Shown piece by piece: positions 9,411 to 20,062 of a stretch of DNA of 32,000 bases (the stretch's first letter is position 1; each line of letters begins with the position of its first letter). The stretch spans positions 270,001 through 302,000 of the forward strand of contig NZ_JBHSTI010000002.1 of assembly GCF_042660085.1 (NCBI RefSeq), read 5' to 3'. The notes beneath the pieces were generated by a model. The model was not told the DNA's origin and ran no database searches. It saw only the letters and a list, made by a program, of their open reading frames with translations. The DNA is from Longivirga aurantiaca. GTDB taxonomy: Bacteria > Actinomycetota > Actinomycetes > S36-B12 > CAIYMF01. The translations under genes were made by a program, and so were the position numbers.

Positions 9411-9492
9411 GCGATGAGGGGGTGGGCCCCCGCCGGGCGAGAATGGCCGAAGGCCCCGCCCGGTAGGGGCCTTCGTTGCTCAGAGCGCAACA
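9411..9492 (+). repeat. Two-copy intergenic repeat, copy A (with internal insertion)
   Basis: GCGATGAGGGGG ... GGGGCCTTCGTTGCTCAGAGCGCAACA; the same two blocks occur contiguously at 20938-20973. Confidence 0.8.
9448..9475 (+). terminator. Terminator-like hairpin after galU
   Basis: CGAAGGCCCC-GCCCGGTA-GGGGCCTTCG, perfect 10-bp arms, followed by TTGCT. Confidence 0.65.
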
Positions 9493-9574
9493 AGGTCGGC
9501 CTCCATGCTCACCGGGTTGATTCTTCGCCAGGCATCGGGCCGTGGTTCCGACGGTCCCGCCGCAGCGCGTCCGG

Positions 9575-10045
9575 CTAGTCGGCGTCGACGTCGATCACGA
9601 GGGTGATCGGGCCGTCGTTCACCAGCGCTACCGCCATGTCGGCGCCGAACACGCCGGTGCCGACGCTCGCGCCGCGGGCACGGAGCTCGGCGACGACCGC
9701 CTCCACAAGTGGTTCGGCCACGGGGCGCGGGGCAGCCGCCGTCCAGGTGGGTCGGCGACCCTTGCGTGCGTCGCCGTACAGCGTGAACTGGCTGACGACG
9801 ATGAGCGGGAGCCCCAGCTCGGCGGCGGACAGCTCGCGACGGCCGTCGGGCACCTCGCCGTTCGCGTGCCCGGGGTCGAAGATCCGCAGCTCGTGGATCT
9901 TGGCGGCGAGGCGGACGGCACGGGCGGGGGAGTCGTCGTGCGTGACTCCGACCAGGACGAGGAGCCCAGGCCCGTCGAAGGCGGAGACGACGTCGCCGTC
10001 GACGGTCACCGACGCACCGCGGGCACGCTGCACGATCGCTCTCAC
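9575..10045 (-). CDS. dtd: D-aminoacyl-tRNA deacylase
   Basis: MRAIVQRARGASVTVDGDVVSAFDGPGLLVLVGVTHDDS...PLIVVSQFTLYGDARKGRRPTWTAAAP. Confidence 0.93.
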   Translation of the reverse strand: MRAIVQRARGASVTVDGDVVSAFDGPGLLVLVGVTHDDSPARAVRLAAKIHELRIFDPGHANGEVPDGRRELSAAELGLPLIVVSQFTLYGDARKGRRPTWTAAAPRPVAEPLVEAVVAELRARGASVGTGVFGADMAVALVNDGPITLVIDVDAD

Positions 10046-10070
10046 GCGCTGATCGTGCCAGGCGTGGCCT

Positions 10071-13046
<2,976 letters not shown>

Positions 13047-13110
13047 CTACCCCCTCGGATTGAGCGCTCGCGGCCGACTCGTCGCCGCGGGTGGCGCCTG
13101 ACGTGCCACG

Positions 13111-13965
13111 ATGGGCGTCGTGCCCGCTGAGACCCTCATCACCGTGGCCCCGACCGGGGCCGAAACCGACAAATCGGACGCTCCGGCCCTGCCCGTGACG
13201 CTCGACGAGCTCGTGGCCACCGCGAAGGCCTGCGAGGCGGCTGGCGCCGGCCTCATCCACGTCCACATCCGCGACGCCGATGCCCGGCCCACGCTCGACC
13301 TCGGGCGGCTGACCGACACGGTCCAGGCGCTCCGCGAGGGCACCGACCTCGTCGTCCAGCTGAGCACGGGCGGAGCGGTCACCGACCCCTTCGAGCACCG
13401 TCTGCGGGTCCTCGACGCCGACCCCGACTCGTGCTCGCTCACGTGCGGCACGGTCAACTTCGGGTCCGACGTCTTCATGAACCCCTGGGACTTCATGGTC
13501 GAGCTCTACCGCAAGACCCAGGCTCTCGAGGTGGTGCCCGAGTTCGAGCTCTTCGACCTCGGTCACGTGGCCGCGCTCAACCGGCTGCTGGACAAGGAGG
13601 GCCTCCCGTACGGCGGGAAGGTCCACTGCGACCTCGTGCTGGGCGTCCCGGGCGGGGCTCCGGGAACGACGGAGTCGGTCGTGACCATGGCCCGGATGCT
13701 CCCCGAGGGCGCGACCTGGTCCGCCACCGGTGTCGGCCGGTCGACCATGCCGGTGGCCCTCGCGGCCCTCTCGGCCGGCGGCCATCTGCGCGTCGGCATG
13801 GAGGACACGCTCACGTACGCCCCGGGCCGCCCGGTGCGTGACAACGCAGAACTTGTAGAAAGAGCCGCTGAGCTCTCAAGGTTGGCCCTGCGCGTGCCGA
13901 TGACCGTGGAAGGGGCGCGTGCAATGCTCAACATCAAGGACCGAAGGACTGGGGTGGCCGCATGA
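13111..13965 (+). CDS. 3-keto-5-aminohexanoate cleavage (BKACE) family enzyme
   Basis: LITVAPTGAETDK...AGAGLIHVHIRDADARPTLD...CSLTCGTVNFGSDVFMN...HLRVGMEDTLTYAPGRPVRDNAELVERA. Confidence 0.9.
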   Translation: MGVVPAETLITVAPTGAETDKSDAPALPVTLDELVATAKACEAAGAGLIHVHIRDADARPTLDLGRLTDTVQALREGTDLVVQLSTGGAVTDPFEHRLRVLDADPDSCSLTCGTVNFGSDVFMNPWDFMVELYRKTQALEVVPEFELFDLGHVAALNRLLDKEGLPYGGKVHCDLVLGVPGGAPGTTESVVTMARMLPEGATWSATGVGRSTMPVALAALSAGGHLRVGMEDTLTYAPGRPVRDNAELVERAAELSRLALRVPMTVEGARAMLNIKDRRTGVAA

Positions 13966-14519
13966 CCAAGCCGATGCCGGGTGGACGCCGTCGCGTCGAC
14001 CGAGTGCTCGACCCCGCGTTCGTCCAGGGCGTCGAGGACCTGACCATGGCCGAGGTGCGCGAGCGTCGCGCCGACGCCGATCAGGAGGAGACCGACCTCT
14101 CGCACAACCGCTCCAAGCTGATCGCGCGCATCGACCTGCTGAAGGCGGAGCAGTCGCGTCGCGCGGGCACGATGGAGGGCTCGATCATCGACGCGCTCCC
14201 GCAGATCCTCGCCGGCCCGGGCCAGCGTCGGACCCACGGCAGCGGCCGGCACATCCACACCGAGCCGAGCCGTCTCGACGAGCACCGTCGCAAGGAGGAG
14301 GCGATCGTCGCCGACACCGAGCTGTCGGACGTCTCGCACCTGACCGACGACGAGCTCGTCGCTGGGATCGCGGCGCTGCAGGAGGCCGAGCACGAGGTGT
14401 CCGAGGTCCGTCACGACGTCCAGCAGGTCATGGACTTCTTCCAGGCCGAGATCGGACGTCGCTACCGCGAGGGCCTCGCGAACGTCGACGACCTGCTCAC
14501 CGCGCCTCCCGGTGCCTGA
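13962..14519 (+). CDS. RsiG-like (annotated elsewhere as 'aerial mycelium formation protein') putative c-di-GMP-binding protein
   Basis: Two helices bearing E-x3-S-x2-R-x3-[Q]-x3-D: ETDLSHNRSKLIARID (res. 43-58, I at Q position) and EHEVSEVRHDVQQVMD (res. 143-158, exact). Confidence 0.7.
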   Translation: MTKPMPGGRRRVDRVLDPAFVQGVEDLTMAEVRERRADADQEETDLSHNRSKLIARIDLLKAEQSRRAGTMEGSIIDALPQILAGPGQRRTHGSGRHIHTEPSRLDEHRRKEEAIVADTELSDVSHLTDDELVAGIAALQEAEHEVSEVRHDVQQVMDFFQAEIGRRYREGLANVDDLLTAPPGA

Positions 14520-15474
14520 CCGCTCGTCGGTCGTCCTCGCCGAGGTCGTCCGGAGCGGTTTCGTCGAGGGCGTCCACCGGGGCTCCCTCGTCGTCCTGGA
14601 CGCCGACGGCACCCTGCTGCACGCGTACGGCGACATCACGTCGCCGGTGTTCCCGCGCTCGTCCAACAAGCCGATGCAGGCCGCGGGCCTGGTCGAGCTC
14701 GGCTACGCCGGGCGCGACGCCCGGCTCGCGATCGCGGCGGCGTCCCACTGGGGCGAGCCGCACCACCTCGTGACGGTCCGCGAGGTGCTCGCCGCCGCCG
14801 GGCTCGACGACTCCCACCTCCGCACGCCGGCGGACTGGCCCGCGGGCGACGCCGCACGGGACGAGCTCGTCCGGGCGGGCGGGCACGCCGCTCCGATCTT
14901 CATGAACTGCTCGGGCAAGCACGCGGCGATGCTCGCGACCTGCGTGGCGCAGGGCTGGCCGCTCGACGACTACCGCGCCGCCGACCACCCGCTGCAGCAG
15001 CACCTCGCCGGCACCGTCGCGCGGATCGCGGGCGAGACGCCGTCGGACGTCGGCATCGACGGCTGCGGCGCCCCCGTGCTCTCGCTGTCCCTGACTGCCC
15101 TCGCCCGAGCCTTCTCCCGGTGCGTCACGGCCGAGCAGGGCTCCCCGGAGAGGCTCGTCGCCGACGCCATGCGGGCCCATCCCGCCCAGGTCGGCGGCCA
15201 CGGACACGACGCCACCCTGTTCATGCAGGGCGTGCCCGGGCTCCTCGTGAAGGACGGCGCGGAGGGTGTATACGCCGCCGCTCTCGGCGATGGCCGTGCG
15301 GTGGCGCTCAAGGTCGACGACGGCGCAGCGCGTGCGCGGCCGCTGCTCCTCGCTGCGGCGCTGCGCTCGCTCGGGGTGCAGGCGCCAGTGCTCGAGGAGT
15401 TCGTCGAGCTCACGCTGCTCGGCGGCGGCGTGCCTGTCGGCGCCGTCCGCGTCGAACCCGCTCTTTTCGCCTGA
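14512..15474 (+). CDS. Asparaginase II-type protein
   Basis: VHRGSLVVLDADGTLLHAYGDITSPVFPRSSNKPMQAAGLVELG...IFMNCSGKHAAMLATC...GIDGCGAPVLSLSLTALARAF. Confidence 0.9.
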   Translation: MPDRSSVVLAEVVRSGFVEGVHRGSLVVLDADGTLLHAYGDITSPVFPRSSNKPMQAAGLVELGYAGRDARLAIAAASHWGEPHHLVTVREVLAAAGLDDSHLRTPADWPAGDAARDELVRAGGHAAPIFMNCSGKHAAMLATCVAQGWPLDDYRAADHPLQQHLAGTVARIAGETPSDVGIDGCGAPVLSLSLTALARAFSRCVTAEQGSPERLVADAMRAHPAQVGGHGHDATLFMQGVPGLLVKDGAEGVYAAALGDGRAVALKVDDGAARARPLLLAAALRSLGVQAPVLEEFVELTLLGGGVPVGAVRVEPALFA

Positions 15475-15523
15475 CGCACGGATGTGCCCGAGAACCCTGA
15501 GGTTCTCGGGCACATCCGTGCGT
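15474..15523. terminator. Perfect 23-bp bidirectional terminator hairpin between convergent genes
   Basis: ACGCACGGATGTGCCCGAGAACC-CTGA-GGTTCTCGGGCACATCCGTGCGT. Confidence 0.85.
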
Positions 15524-15531
15524 GCGGTCGC

Positions 15532-16026
15532 TCAGCAGCAGGCAGGGGCTCCGGCGGTGGCGGGCTCCGGCTCGGTCGCGGCGGCGTCGGGAGCGCAGCA
15601 GCCGGCCTCGGTCGACGTCGTGATGTCGTCGGCGAAGAAGGTCGGGCTGTCCGACAGCACCGTGTAGATCTCCCAGCGCTCGCCGTCCGGGGAGCCCTCG
15701 ACCCAGAACTTGTCCTGCTTCGCGTAGCAGCAGGTCGTGCCACGCTCGTCGATCGAGGCCAGCCCGCCCTCCGCGAGCCGGGTCTGGGCGGCATCCACGT
15801 CGTCCACGGACGGCATCTCGACACCGAGGTGGTTGAGCGTGCCGCCCTGGCCCTTGTTCTCGAGCAGCACGAGCTTGAGGGGCGGGCTGGTGATCGCGAA
15901 GTTGGCGTATCCCGGTCGCGTCTTGGCGGGCTCGACGCCGAAGAGCTTGGAGTAGAAGGCGGTGGCGGCCTCGACGTCGTCGACGTTGAGAGCGAGCTGC
16001 ACGCGGGCGGGGGCGGTCGTTCCCAT
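15532..16026 (-). CDS. arsI: ArsI/CadI-family heavy-metal resistance metalloenzyme
   Basis: RVQLALNVDDVEAATAFYSKLFGVEPAKTRPGYANFAI...NHLGVEM...ERGTTCCYAKQDKFWVEGSPDGERWEIYTVLSDS, Cys-rich C-terminus. Confidence 0.85.
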   Translation of the reverse strand: MGTTAPARVQLALNVDDVEAATAFYSKLFGVEPAKTRPGYANFAITSPPLKLVLLENKGQGGTLNHLGVEMPSVDDVDAAQTRLAEGGLASIDERGTTCCYAKQDKFWVEGSPDGERWEIYTVLSDSPTFFADDITTSTEAGCCAPDAAATEPEPATAGAPACC

Positions 16027-16045
16027 GGTGTCCTCCGAGAGTTTC

Positions 16046-16077
16046 ATCGATGTTCATCAATATCGATCTGTATCGAT
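16046..16077. promoter_or_regulatory. Putative ArsR operator region (three ATCGAT hexamers) in the arsI/arsR divergent intergenic region
   Basis: ATCGATGTTCATCAATATCGATCTGTATCGAT; ATCGAT at 16046, 16062 and 16072. Confidence 0.55.
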
Positions 16078-16114
16078 GTTGCCCCGAAGGATCGACCCAT
16101 GTCAATATTCATGC

Positions 16115-16489
16115 ATGTCGAAGAATGCAGCGGTGCCGGCCAGCCCCGCACTGGAGCTGCCGGTGCTCGACCTGGCCGACTGCTGCGCGCCCATCCGGCG
16201 CGAGCCGATCGACGCCGATGGCGCGGTGACGCTGGCCGAGGCGTTCAAGGCCCTGGCCGATCCGGTGCGGTTGCAGCTGCTCAACCTCATCGCTACCGCC
16301 GACACCGGCGAGGCCTGCGCGTGCGACCTCGTCGAGCCGGTCGGCAAGAGCCAGCCCACCGTCAGCCATCACCTCAAGGTGCTGCGCGAGGCCGGCCTCA
16401 TCGAGGGCGAGAAGCGCGGCACCTGGGTCTGGTACTCCGTCGTTCCGTCCCGGCTCGACGAGCTGCAGCGTGTCCTCGGCCGGCGCTGA
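16115..16489 (+). CDS. arsR: ArsR-family transcriptional regulator
   Basis: LAEAFKALADPVRLQLLNLIATADTGEACACDLVEPVGKSQPTVSHHLKVLREAGLIEGEKRGTWVWYSVVP. Confidence 0.93.
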   Translation: MSKNAAVPASPALELPVLDLADCCAPIRREPIDADGAVTLAEAFKALADPVRLQLLNLIATADTGEACACDLVEPVGKSQPTVSHHLKVLREAGLIEGEKRGTWVWYSVVPSRLDELQRVLGRR

Positions 16490-16539
16490 CCCACCGACGA
16501 ATCCGCACCTCACCAACCCCTCAGACCGCTGGAGCCCAC

Positions 16540-16962
16540 GTGTCGACCAAGCCCTCCGTCCTGTTCGTCTGCGTGCACAACGCGGGCCGTTCCCAGATGG
16601 CGGCGGCCTACCTCACCCACCTCGCGGGCGACCGCATCGAGGTGCGCTCGGCGGGATCCGCGCCGGCCGACTCGGTGAACCCGGCCGTGGTCGAGGCGCT
16701 GCTCGAGGAGGGCATCGACATCTCGGCGGAGACCCCCAAGGTGCTCACCACCGAGGCGGTCCAGGCGTCCGACTACGTCATCACCATGGGCTGCGGCGAC
16801 GCGTGCCCGTTCTTCCCCGGCAAGACCTATCTCGACTGGGTCCTCACCGACCCGGCCGGCCAGGGCGTGGACGCCGTGCGCCCGATCCGCGACGAGATCC
16901 GCGGTCGCATCGAGGGGCTGATCGCCGAGATCGACGCGGCTGCGGCCTCCTCGGCGTCGTGA
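16540..16962 (+). CDS. arsC: Arsenate reductase, LMW-PTP-like/arsenate-mycothiol type
   Basis: MSTKPSVLFVCVHNAGRSQMAAAYLTHLAGDRIEVRSAGSAP...KVLTTEAVQASDYVITMGCGDACPFFPGKTYLDWVLTDPAGQGVDAVRPIRDEI. Confidence 0.92.
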   Translation: MSTKPSVLFVCVHNAGRSQMAAAYLTHLAGDRIEVRSAGSAPADSVNPAVVEALLEEGIDISAETPKVLTTEAVQASDYVITMGCGDACPFFPGKTYLDWVLTDPAGQGVDAVRPIRDEIRGRIEGLIAEIDAAAASSAS

Positions 16963-17672
16963 CGCCGCTGCCCCTTCCCCGGCGCCTGCTCGCCGAGGGC
17001 CTCGGCACGCTGCTGCTCGTGGCCACCGTCGTCGGGTCCGGGATCGCGGCGGCGTCCCTCTCTCCGGGCAACGTCGGTCTGCAGCTCCTCGAGAACGCGC
17101 TCGCCACGGGTGCGGTCCTGTTCGTGCTGATCGCCACGCTCGGCCCGGTGTCGGGCGCGCACTTCAACCCCGTGGTCACCGGCATCGACGCCTGGCTCGG
17201 CGGCCTCCCCAAGCGGGATGCGCTGCCCTACGTCGTGGTGCAGGTGGTCGGCGCCTGCCTCGGTGCGGTGCTGGCCAACCTCATGTTCGGGCTCGCCGCC
17301 GTGTCGGTCTCGACGCACGAGCGCACCGGCTCGGCGCTCTGGCTGTCGGAGGTCGTGGCCACCTTCGGGCTCCTGCTCGTCATCCTCGGCCTCGTGCGCG
17401 CCGGCCGATCGTCGTGGATCCCGGCCGCCGTGGCGTCGTACATCGTGGGCGCCTACTGGTTCACGGCCTCGACGTCGTTCGCGAACCCGGCCGTCACCAT
17501 CGGACGCACGCTGTCCGACACGTTCGCCGGTATCGCGCCGGCGAGCGTGCCCGGCTTCGTCGTGGCGCAGGTGCTCGGAGCGGTCCTCGCGACGGTCGTC
17601 GTCCTCGTGATCTGGCCGCGCCACTCGGCGGCGGTGGCGGTGGCCATCGACGTCCAGGAGGAGACGCGCTGA
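16959..17672 (+). CDS. Aquaporin (MIP) family protein, arsenic-operon associated
   Basis: LLAEGLGTLLLVATVVGSGIAA...GPVSGAHFNPVVT (NPV box) ... STSFANPAVTIGRTLSDTFAGI (NPA box); start overlaps the arsC stop. Confidence 0.88.
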   Translation: MTPLPLPRRLLAEGLGTLLLVATVVGSGIAAASLSPGNVGLQLLENALATGAVLFVLIATLGPVSGAHFNPVVTGIDAWLGGLPKRDALPYVVVQVVGACLGAVLANLMFGLAAVSVSTHERTGSALWLSEVVATFGLLLVILGLVRAGRSSWIPAAVASYIVGAYWFTASTSFANPAVTIGRTLSDTFAGIAPASVPGFVVAQVLGAVLATVVVLVIWPRHSAAVAVAIDVQEETR

Positions 17673-17753
17673 GCGTCACGCCCTGAGCACGCGACTCAGC
17701 CGGTCGCGCGGACGAGACCGGCGCTGACGCCGTGGTGGCGCCGTGGAGGTGCC

Positions 17754-18308
17754 ATGAACGACCGCCACGCCGACGACGAGGCAGCGGTGGTCGGCAGGCT
17801 CCCGCCTGGACCGCTTCCTGCCCGTGCGGATCCTGCTGGCCCTGGCCGGCGGTCTCGCGCTGGGACGGCTGCTCCCCAGCGTGCTGGGTGCGCTCGACGC
17901 CGTGAAGATCGGCCAGACGTCCTTGCCGATCGCGCTCGGGCTGCTGCTGATGATGTACCCCGTCCTGGCCAAGGTCCAGGGCGAGGCCATCACGTCCGAC
18001 CCGCTCGCGGTGGTGAGCATCGCCGTCCCGCTGCTCGTCTACTTCGCGATCATGTGGGGGTCTCGTTCCTCGTCGGATCCCGGTCGGGGATGACCTACCC
18101 GAAGACGGCGGCCCTCGCGTTCACCGCGGCCGGCAACAGCTTCGAGCTCGCGATCGCCGTGAGCATCGGGGTCTGGGGCGTCACGTCGGGCCAGGCGCTG
18201 GCCGGTGTGATCGGCCCGCTCATCGAGATGCCCGCGCTGGTCGCGCTCGCGTACGTGAGCCTCGCCCTCCGTCGTCGCTGGCACCGGCCGCTGGTCCGAT
18301 CCGGGTGA
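17754..18308 (+). pseudogene. acr3: acr3/arsB-type arsenite efflux remnant: large internal deletion plus two compensating frameshifts
   Basis: LDRFLPVRILLALAGGLALGRLLPSVLGALDAVKIGQTSLPIALGLLLMMYPVLAKV (frame 1) fused to QGEAITSDPLAVVSIAVPLLVYFAIMWG, then frameshift to frame 0 VSFLVGSRSGMTYPKTAALAFTAAGNSFELAIAVSIGVWGVTSGQALAGVIGPLIEMPALVALAYVSLALRRR; plausible N-terminus MNDRHADDEAAVVGRL is also frame 0. Confidence 0.88.
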
Positions 18309-18343
18309 CGGCGGCGGCCACCTCGCGCTGGCACGATGAACGC

Positions 18344-19543
18344 GTGACGTCGGACTCCGTGCCTCGGCTCGAACGCAGGCTCGGGCTGGGCGGCGCGGTC
18401 GCGATCGGCCTCGGCGCGATGCTCGGCACCGGTGTGTTCGCCGCGTGGACACCGGCGTACCGGCTGGCCGGCCCCCTGCTGCTGGTCTCCCTCGGCATCG
18501 CGGCCCTGGTGGCCGGCCTCAACGCGTGGTCCACCGCCGCGCTGGCCCGCGTGCACTCCGAGTCCGGTGGTGCGTACGCCTACGGTCGCGCCCGGCTCGG
18601 CCGTGCGGCCGGCGTCCTCGCCGGCTGGGCCTTCGTCGTCGGGAAGATCGCGTCGGCGGGAGCGGCCGCGTTGACCATCGGCGCGTACGTCGCCCCCGCG
18701 TACCAGCGACCTCTCGGGGTCGCGGCGATCGCGCTCGTCCTGCTGCTCGACCTGCGCGGTGTCACGAAGACGGCCGCGGTCTCGGCGGTCGTCTCGGGTG
18801 TCGTCATCGCGGTGCTGCTGTGGCTGTCGCTCGCGGCCCAGGTGGGTCGCGCGTCGCTCGCGTCGTCCTCCATCGCCCCCGGCGTTCCCGGGAGCGGCGC
18901 CGGCGGCGTGCTCGGTGCCGCCGGCCTTCTCTTCGTCGCCTTCGCCGGGTATGCGCGTATCGCGACCCTGGGCGAGGAGGTGCGCGAGCCGCGGCGCACC
19001 CTGCCGAGGGCGATGGCCATCTCCTTCGCCGTCGTCGTGTCGGTCTACGTGCTCGTCGCCGTCGCGCTGCTCACGCTCCTGGCGGCCCTGCCGGTGCAGG
19101 AGTGGACCGCCGCGCCCCTCGAGACGCTCGCCCGCTTAGCCGGGGGCGGACTGCTCACCCCTGCGGTTCGCCTTGCCGCGGTCCTGGCCGCCGGCGGCGC
19201 CCTGCTCTCCCTGCTGGCAGGCGTGGGTCGCACGCTGTTCGCGATGGGCCGGGGCGCAGACGCCCCCGCGGCGCTTGCCGCGGTCTCCCGGCACGGCGTA
19301 CCGCACCGGGCCCAGATCGTGGCCGCGGTCGGGGCCGCGGTCGTCGTGCTGGTCGGCGGGATCGGCGCCGCCCTGGCGCTGTCGGCGGTCTCGATCCTCA
19401 CCTACTACGGGGTGGCCCACCTGGCCGCGCTGCGGCTCGGCACCGAGGAGGGCCGGCCCCCGCGCATCGTCCCGCTGGCGGGCCTCGCCGGATGTGCGGC
19501 CGTGGCTCTGAGCCTGCTGCTACTGGTCAGTAACACTGGGTAG
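18344..19543 (+). CDS. APC-family amino-acid permease
   Basis: RRLGLGGAVAIGLGAMLGTGVFAAWTPAYRLAGPLLLVSLGIAALVAGLNAWSTAALARVHSESGGAYAYGR; multiple TM helices. Confidence 0.92.
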   Translation: MTSDSVPRLERRLGLGGAVAIGLGAMLGTGVFAAWTPAYRLAGPLLLVSLGIAALVAGLNAWSTAALARVHSESGGAYAYGRARLGRAAGVLAGWAFVVGKIASAGAAALTIGAYVAPAYQRPLGVAAIALVLLLDLRGVTKTAAVSAVVSGVVIAVLLWLSLAAQVGRASLASSSIAPGVPGSGAGGVLGAAGLLFVAFAGYARIATLGEEVREPRRTLPRAMAISFAVVVSVYVLVAVALLTLLAALPVQEWTAAPLETLARLAGGGLLTPAVRLAAVLAAGGALLSLLAGVGRTLFAMGRGADAPAALAAVSRHGVPHRAQIVAAVGAAVVVLVGGIGAALALSAVSILTYYGVAHLAALRLGTEEGRPPRIVPLAGLAGCAAVALSLLLLVSNTG

Positions 19544-19616
19544 AGCAAGCACTCACGCACCGTCCTGTGAGGGAGCACACCCTCAGAATGCTTGCTCCCC
19601 GCTTGCTATAGCAAGC
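19544..19616. promoter_or_regulatory. Cluster of GCTTGCT/AGCAAGC motifs upstream of the XRE regulator, including a perfect 16-bp palindrome
   Basis: AGCAAGC (19544-19550), GCTTGCT (19590-19596), GCTTGCTATAGCAAGC (19601-19616). Confidence 0.6.
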
Positions 19617-19638
19617 ACCCAGGGTGCATGGTTAAGTC

Positions 19639-20049
19639 ATGGCCACCATCGACGTCCGCAGCCTCGGGGAGTACATCCGCGAGCAGCGCACGTCTGCCGA
19701 GGTCTCGCTGCGACAGCTGGCGAAGAGCGCCGGGGTCTCCAACCCCTACCTCTCCCAGGTGGAGCGAGGGCTGAAGAAGCCCAGTGCCGAGATCCTCGGG
19801 CAGATCGCGGGGGCCCTGCGCATCTCCGCCGAGACGTTGTACGTCAAGGCGGGGCTGCTCGAGGCCCGCGACGGCGACGCTGCCGTCACCGAGGCGATCA
19901 GCACGGACGAGACGCTCTCCGAGCGTCAGCGCCAGGTCCTTCTCGAGATCTACGCCGCCTTCCAGAAGGAGAACGCCGTGATCCGTGAGGCCACCACCCC
20001 GAGCCCCGACGATGCCGGCACCATCCCCGCCGACGTCACGACCAGCTGA
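19639..20049 (+). CDS. XRE-family HTH regulator
   Basis: LGEYIREQRTSAEVSLRQLAKSAGVSNPYLSQVERGLKKPSAEILGQIAGALRISAETLYVKAG. Confidence 0.92.
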   Translation: MATIDVRSLGEYIREQRTSAEVSLRQLAKSAGVSNPYLSQVERGLKKPSAEILGQIAGALRISAETLYVKAGLLEARDGDAAVTEAISTDETLSERQRQVLLEIYAAFQKENAVIREATTPSPDDAGTIPADVTTS

Positions 20050-20062
20050 AGGAAGAAACGAC

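Noticed and set aside
8213-9493. 426-aa minus-strand ORF opposite galU
   Set aside because: galU on the plus strand is unambiguous and the antisense translation shows no domain pattern.
17754-18308. 184-aa ORF as an intact novel membrane protein
   Set aside because: Its middle section is the out-of-frame reading of an Acr3 segment that is coherent only in another frame.
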